This document shows positions 59,529-64,000 of a DNA stretch of 64,000 bases, one piece after another (positions within the stretch are counted from its first letter, which is position 1; each line of letters starts with the position of its first letter). This stretch comes from an uncultured Acidimicrobiales bacterium (GTDB lineage Bacteria > Actinomycetota > Acidimicrobiia > Acidimicrobiales > UBA10347). Where the stretch lies: contig CALSSD010000006.1 of the NCBI GenBank assembly GCA_943788915.1, forward strand, positions 1 through 64,000, given 5' to 3'. The notes beneath the pieces were generated by a model. The model was not told the DNA's origin, did not search any database, and saw only the letters and a list, made by a program, of their open reading frames with translations. Position numbers and translations under genes: made by a program.

Positions 59529-61049
59529 ATGTTGAAGAACCCGCTTGTAGCGCTACTGAGCACAGTAATCATCGGTATTGGGCTGCTTGTGTGGTCGCTT
59601 GCTGTTGGCCAACAACCTTTGCTTGGTCTGGATCTGCAGGGCGGGGTCGAGGTCGTGCTCGAACCGGTCGACACACCTGAGAACCTTGCCCTCGCAACCG
59701 AAGACAATCTGAACACCGCGGTCGAGATTCTTCGCAAACGAGTCGATGCGATTGGTGTCGCAGAACCTGATATCACCACGCAGACCGGTGGCGACAACAA
59801 CTTCATCATCGTGCAGCTGCCTGGTATCGAGAATCAGGACGATGCAGTGGCACTCGTGGGGGCAACAGCCCAGCTCCAATTTCGCCCGGTGTTACTCGAC
59901 CTGGGTGATGCTGCGAGCATCACCAACATTTCCGAGATTGGCGACTTTGGCGACGAGATCACCAATGGTGGCCCCGATGTCACCGATGTACTCGCAGGTG
60001 TTCTGAGCGATCCAACCGATACGCCCGCTGACCAAAGTGCCATCTTCCGGACGGCAGCCGTCGAGGAGGGTGCCCCATTGGGAGCACCTGTTTTGGTGGG
60101 TCCAACCGAATTTACCGGCACCGCCTTGTCAGGCGCAGATGCGCTCTTTCTTGGCGGCCAATGGCAAGTAGAGGTCACTTTCAAGGAAGGACCCGAAGGG
60201 CTCGATCTGTTCAACCAGTCAGCAGCCAAATGTTTTGTCGAACGCCCGCAGTTGTCGTGCCCATTCGGCCGGCTTGCGTTCGTCCTCGATGGTGTCGTCG
60301 AATCAGCGCCAACTATTCAGGCGCCGGAATTCAGCAGCCGCAACGTGCAAATTACGCGCCAGAACGGCTTCCCCGAAGCCGAAGCTCGCCAGCAGGCGCT
60401 CATTCTGGACTTTGGCGCGTTGCCTCTTGCGTTCGCTGATCCTGCCGATCCTGGTGCTGGGCTCGTCCGTACCGTGTCCGCATCGCTCGGACGCGACTCG
60501 CTCGACGCCGGCCTGATAGCTGGTCTTGTAGGTCTGTCGCTGGTAGCGCTCTACATGATGTGGTACTACCGCCTGCTTGGTCTCGCTGCCATATTGAGCC
60601 TGAGCCTGTCCGCCTCGTTGTTATGGGTAGTGGTGTCCTATCTCAGCGTCAGTCGGGGATTGGCACTTACGCTTGCTGGTGTCGTCGGTCTGATCGTTTC
60701 GATCGGTGTTTCTCTTGACTCCAATGTCATCTTTTTCGAGGACCTCAAAGATGTCCATCGTCGGGGAGATTCGCTCTCGCTGGCAGTAAACAAATCGTTC
60801 CCCGGAGCGTTCAGCACAGTTTTTTGGGCCAACCTGGCCACACTTATCGGTGCGCTTATCTTGTATCTACTCACCGTCGGCAGCGTGAAGGGTTTCGCCC
60901 TGATCTTGGCGATCGCGTCGGTGCTTGATCTGGTCGCCACGTATTTCTTCATGGCACCACTTGTCCGCCTTCTCGTCGATCGGTTTGCGGACAAACCAGC
61001 ATTGTTCGGCATCCGGTCGGCGCGTAACCAGGAAGAGGTGCCGGCATGA
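59529..61049 (+). CDS. secD: Protein translocase subunit SecD
   Basis: LGLDLQGG, RVDAIGVAEP, IIVQLPG, GALP, SASLG, DSNVIFFE, VKGFA. Confidence 0.96.
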   Translation: MLKNPLVALLSTVIIGIGLLVWSLAVGQQPLLGLDLQGGVEVVLEPVDTPENLALATEDNLNTAVEILRKRVDAIGVAEPDITTQTGGDNNFIIVQLPGIENQDDAVALVGATAQLQFRPVLLDLGDAASITNISEIGDFGDEITNGGPDVTDVLAGVLSDPTDTPADQSAIFRTAAVEEGAPLGAPVLVGPTEFTGTALSGADALFLGGQWQVEVTFKEGPEGLDLFNQSAAKCFVERPQLSCPFGRLAFVLDGVVESAPTIQAPEFSSRNVQITRQNGFPEAEARQQALILDFGALPLAFADPADPGAGLVRTVSASLGRDSLDAGLIAGLVGLSLVALYMMWYYRLLGLAAILSLSLSASLLWVVVSYLSVSRGLALTLAGVVGLIVSIGVSLDSNVIFFEDLKDVHRRGDSLSLAVNKSFPGAFSTVFWANLATLIGALILYLLTVGSVKGFALILAIASVLDLVATYFFMAPLVRLLVDRFADKPALFGIRSARNQEEVPA

Positions 61050-62236
61050 GTGCTATCGGCCGACTGCTTCGCAACGAGAACAACATCAGTTTTCCAAGCC
61101 TGTGGAAGCGTGCACTTACGATTTCTGCGGTCCTTCTCGCGATCGCTCTCGGCGCTCTGCTGTTTCGGGGCTTGAATCTCGGCATCGAGTTTGAGGGCGG
61201 TGCATCGTGGGAAGTCCGCAGCGCCGAGGTCACGTCCGACCAGCTTCAGTCGGCCCTTGAACCGCTGGGCCTAGGCGACGCTCGCATCCAGAAAGTCGCA
61301 AACGAGCTGTGGCGAGTGCGGGCCGAGACAGAGAGCGCAGCGGCACTCGAAGAGGTCAAGATCGCTCTGGCCGATGCGGCAGGCATCGAACCAGCAGATG
61401 TCACCGCCAATGCGGTGGGCGCAAGCTGGGGCGACGAAGTTACGGCCAAAGCCCGCACGGCGTTGATCGTGTTTTTCATCGTGTTGTTCATCTACATTTC
61501 GGCCAGGCTGGAATGGAAGATGGCGGTTGGTGCACTGGCAGCTGTCGCTCACGACATCTTGCTCACGATTGGTATCTATGCGCTGTTCCAGCTCGAGGTC
61601 ACGTCAGCGACCGTCATCGCATTCCTGACGATCCTTGGGTATTCGCTCTACGACACCCTGGTGGTGTTCGACAAGATCCGCGAGAACGAGCGCCGGGCGA
61701 CCGGTGCCACCGCAATGACCTACACCGAAGTCACGTCGTTCTCGTTGAACCAGGTACTGATGCGTTCGGTGAACACCACCATTACGTCGGTATTGCCGGT
61801 GCTGGCGGTTCTGGTCGTAGGGCGTTTCATCCTGGGTGCGGTCACGCTGCAAGAGTTCGCCATAGCCCTGCTTGTCGGCTTGATCGTGGGTACGTATTCG
61901 TCGCTGTTTGTGGCTACACCAATTGTTGCGCACCTCAAGGAACGCGAAGCGGACAATGTCGAACGACAGATTGCAGCTACCAAACGCAAGGCCGAAGAGG
62001 TCGATATCGCGGCAGAACTTGATCAGGCTGACCGTGCCCGCAAGGTGCGCTCCGGCGCCCGCGGCGAGGGTCATCGGGTCACAGCTGCGAGCCGTGCCGT
62101 CAAGGGCCCAACTGTCACGGTGACAAAACGGCGCAACGAAGGTTCGACCGAATCGACTTCGAACAAAGGCGATGCAGCTGCCGAGCGAGCACCGCAGGGA
62201 GAAGTCAAACCCCGTCCCCGCAAAAAGAAACGCTAG
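61046..62236 (+). CDS. secF: Protein translocase subunit SecF
   Basis: NLGIEFEGG, VGASWG, HD, LTILGYSLYDTLVVFDKIREN, RSVNT, GTYSS. Confidence 0.96.
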   Translation: MSAIGRLLRNENNISFPSLWKRALTISAVLLAIALGALLFRGLNLGIEFEGGASWEVRSAEVTSDQLQSALEPLGLGDARIQKVANELWRVRAETESAAALEEVKIALADAAGIEPADVTANAVGASWGDEVTAKARTALIVFFIVLFIYISARLEWKMAVGALAAVAHDILLTIGIYALFQLEVTSATVIAFLTILGYSLYDTLVVFDKIRENERRATGATAMTYTEVTSFSLNQVLMRSVNTTITSVLPVLAVLVVGRFILGAVTLQEFAIALLVGLIVGTYSSLFVATPIVAHLKEREADNVERQIAATKRKAEEVDIAAELDQADRARKVRSGARGEGHRVTAASRAVKGPTVTVTKRRNEGSTESTSNKGDAAAERAPQGEVKPRPRKKKR

Positions 62237-62363
62237 CCGGGGTCGGCCAGATTTGCCGCTGCGGACTTCATCGTGTCTGCGATGTGATCGTCGACGGTCC
62301 CGCCACGTCCGGTTGCAGCGAAGCAAACCAGCTAATGCAACTACCCGGCGATAGTGTTTGGTG

Positions 62364-62894
62364 ATGGATTGCGATGTCAGCTGGCTTCGAGAATTGGTCC
62401 GCCAAGTACCGGACTTTCCCGAGCCCGGTATTCGGTTTGCCGACATTACACCTGTTCTGGCGAACGCAGACGCGCTGCGGTGCGCTGTTGAGTTGATCGC
62501 CGACGAGTTCGTCGGCAAGGATGTCGACTTGATCGCTGGCGTCGACGCTCGCGGGTTCATTCTGGGAGCCCCAGTGGCATGCCGTCTCGGGTGTGGTTTC
62601 GTGCCAATCCGGAAACCTTCCCGCCTACCTTTTAAGACCCATCGGGTCGATTACGCGCTCGAGTACGGCGCAGGCTCACTCGAGGTCCACCAGGACGCTG
62701 CAGCACCCGGTCAGCGGGTTGTCATCATTGATGATGTGCTCGCGACCGGCGGCACCGCAATGGCATCGGCGGAATTGATTGAACTGACCGGAGCCACCGT
62801 GGCTGCGTTTGGTTTTCTGGCATCGATCGATGGCCTTGATGGCGCCTCGTTGATCGCGGAGTACGAATCAGTCGTGGCGCTCGGAGCGCTGTAG
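62364..62894 (+). CDS. apt: Adenine phosphoribosyltransferase
   Basis: PDFPEPGIRFADIT, ARGF, YALEYG, IIDDVLATGGT. Confidence 0.96.
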   Translation: MDCDVSWLRELVRQVPDFPEPGIRFADITPVLANADALRCAVELIADEFVGKDVDLIAGVDARGFILGAPVACRLGCGFVPIRKPSRLPFKTHRVDYALEYGAGSLEVHQDAAAPGQRVVIIDDVLATGGTAMASAELIELTGATVAAFGFLASIDGLDGASLIAEYESVVALGAL

Positions 62895-62918
62895 ACGAAT
62901 GAAGATCGGAGCCGGCTG

Positions 62919-64000
62919 ATGGTCCTTGTCGAACGTGTCGAGCCGTGGAATCGCGGCGTTGAGTCGGTCGAAGCATCGCTGGCCGCGCTCACCTCGATCC
63001 ATAAGAAGCACCATCCCGACGAGGATCCTGCTCCGATAACGAAAGCGTTCGACTGGGCCCACGACGCTCACGCCGGCCAGACCCGCAAGTCGGGCGAACC
63101 CTACATCTTGCACCCCGTCGAGGTGGCCACGATCGTGGCCGAACAGGGCCTCGATGCCTCGGCCATTGCTGCCGCCATCATGCACGATGCGGTCGAAGAC
63201 ACCGATGTCGGCCTCAGCGAGATCGAAGCCCAGTTTGGGGCCGACGTCGCCGCCATTATCGATGGTTGCACCAAGGTCGATCGCCTCGAGTTCCACTCGA
63301 AGGAACAACAACAAGCGGCGACGGTCCGCAAGCTGCTGGTCGCGGTCGCCAAAGACATCCGGGTCCTCATCATCAAGCTCGCGGATCGCCTGCACAACAT
63401 GCGCACGCTCGCGGTCTTGCCGGAGTGGAAGCAGCAGCGCACGGCCAGCGAGACGTTGCACGTGTTTGCCCCGCTCGCGCACCGTCTGGGCATGGAAGAG
63501 CTCAAGACCCAGCTCGAAGACCTGGCTTTCGCAGCGCTGCACCCCAAGTGGTACGCCGAGATCGACCATATGGTCGCCCAACGCGACCCTGAACGCGGGC
63601 TCTATCTGACCCAGTTCATGGGTGATGTCGAAGGCCGATTGGCCGAGGTCGGCATCACCGCCGACGTCTACGGCCGGAGCAAACACCTGTGGAGCATCTA
63701 CGAAAAGATGGTCGTCAAAGGGCCGCGAGTTCGACGACATCTATGACCTCGTTGGTGTGCGGGTGATCTGCAGTTCGGTGCGCGATTGTTATGGCGCCGT
63801 CGGTTCGATCCACGCGAACTGGCGGCCGGTGCAGGGGCGGTTCAAAGACTTCATCGCCATGCCCAAGTTCAACCTGTACCAGTCGTTGCACACCACAGTG
63901 GTTGGCCCCCAGGGCAAGATGGTTGAGTTCCAGGTCCGCACCGTTGAGATGGACGCCCGAGCCCAGCGGGGTATGGCCGCCCACTGGGCCTACAAGGACA
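62919..64000 (+). CDS. relA: Bifunctional (p)ppGpp synthetase/hydrolase Rel; partial at the window edge, frameshift at ~63720
   Basis: [51 protein letters not shown]; continues in another frame as [13 protein letters not shown]...[20 protein letters not shown]...EFQVRT. Confidence 0.95.

Noticed and set aside
63710..63746. Programmed frameshift giving a hydrolase-only Rel
   Set aside because: One extra base in a short homopolymer run within a window with several similar indels; error is more parsimonious.
1..64000. Long antisense or alternate-frame ORFs (e.g. 36241..37200, 52085..53179, 61604..62560); tRNA, rRNA, prophage or defence genes
   Set aside because: The ORFs are high-GC shadows of well-supported genes; no RNA gene, integrase, transposase, phage or defence signature was recognised by eye.

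Overview
GC-rich actinobacterial chromosomal segment, probably class Acidimicrobiia. This is inferred from mycothiol, F420 and PIM genes occurring together with queA/tgt and from many leaderless genes. The left ~37 kb is accessory and metabolic: an aerobic 2-aminobenzoate (anthranilate)-CoA degradation operon with a MarR regulator and a candidate operator, three M20 amidohydrolases (two are tandem paralogs), a 1055-aa BNR/VPS10 protein, hisE-hisG, oxidoreductases, MFS transporters, an SF2 helicase and a membrane-anchored WD40 protein. The right ~26 kb is conserved core: fabI, mshC, plsC, thrS-HIT-pgsA-patA-pimA, a variable patch with a decaying cNMP-patatin gene, then pdxS-pdxT-yebC-ruvCAB-queA-tgt-yajC-secDF-apt-relA (relA is cut by the window edge). 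I found no rRNA, tRNA, CRISPR array, integrase or transposase. The most unusual signal is an unannotated intergenic element present as a 3x115-bp array (13746-14097) and as a diverged solo copy (41862-41950). It shows a compensatory base-pair change and hairpins of DNA-specific type (GNA triloops, tandem G.A pairs), suggesting a REP/MITE-like single-stranded-DNA element. At least six single-base frameshifts, one in relA, most likely reflect sequencing or assembly error. All calls come from motif recognition by eye; no database search was run.
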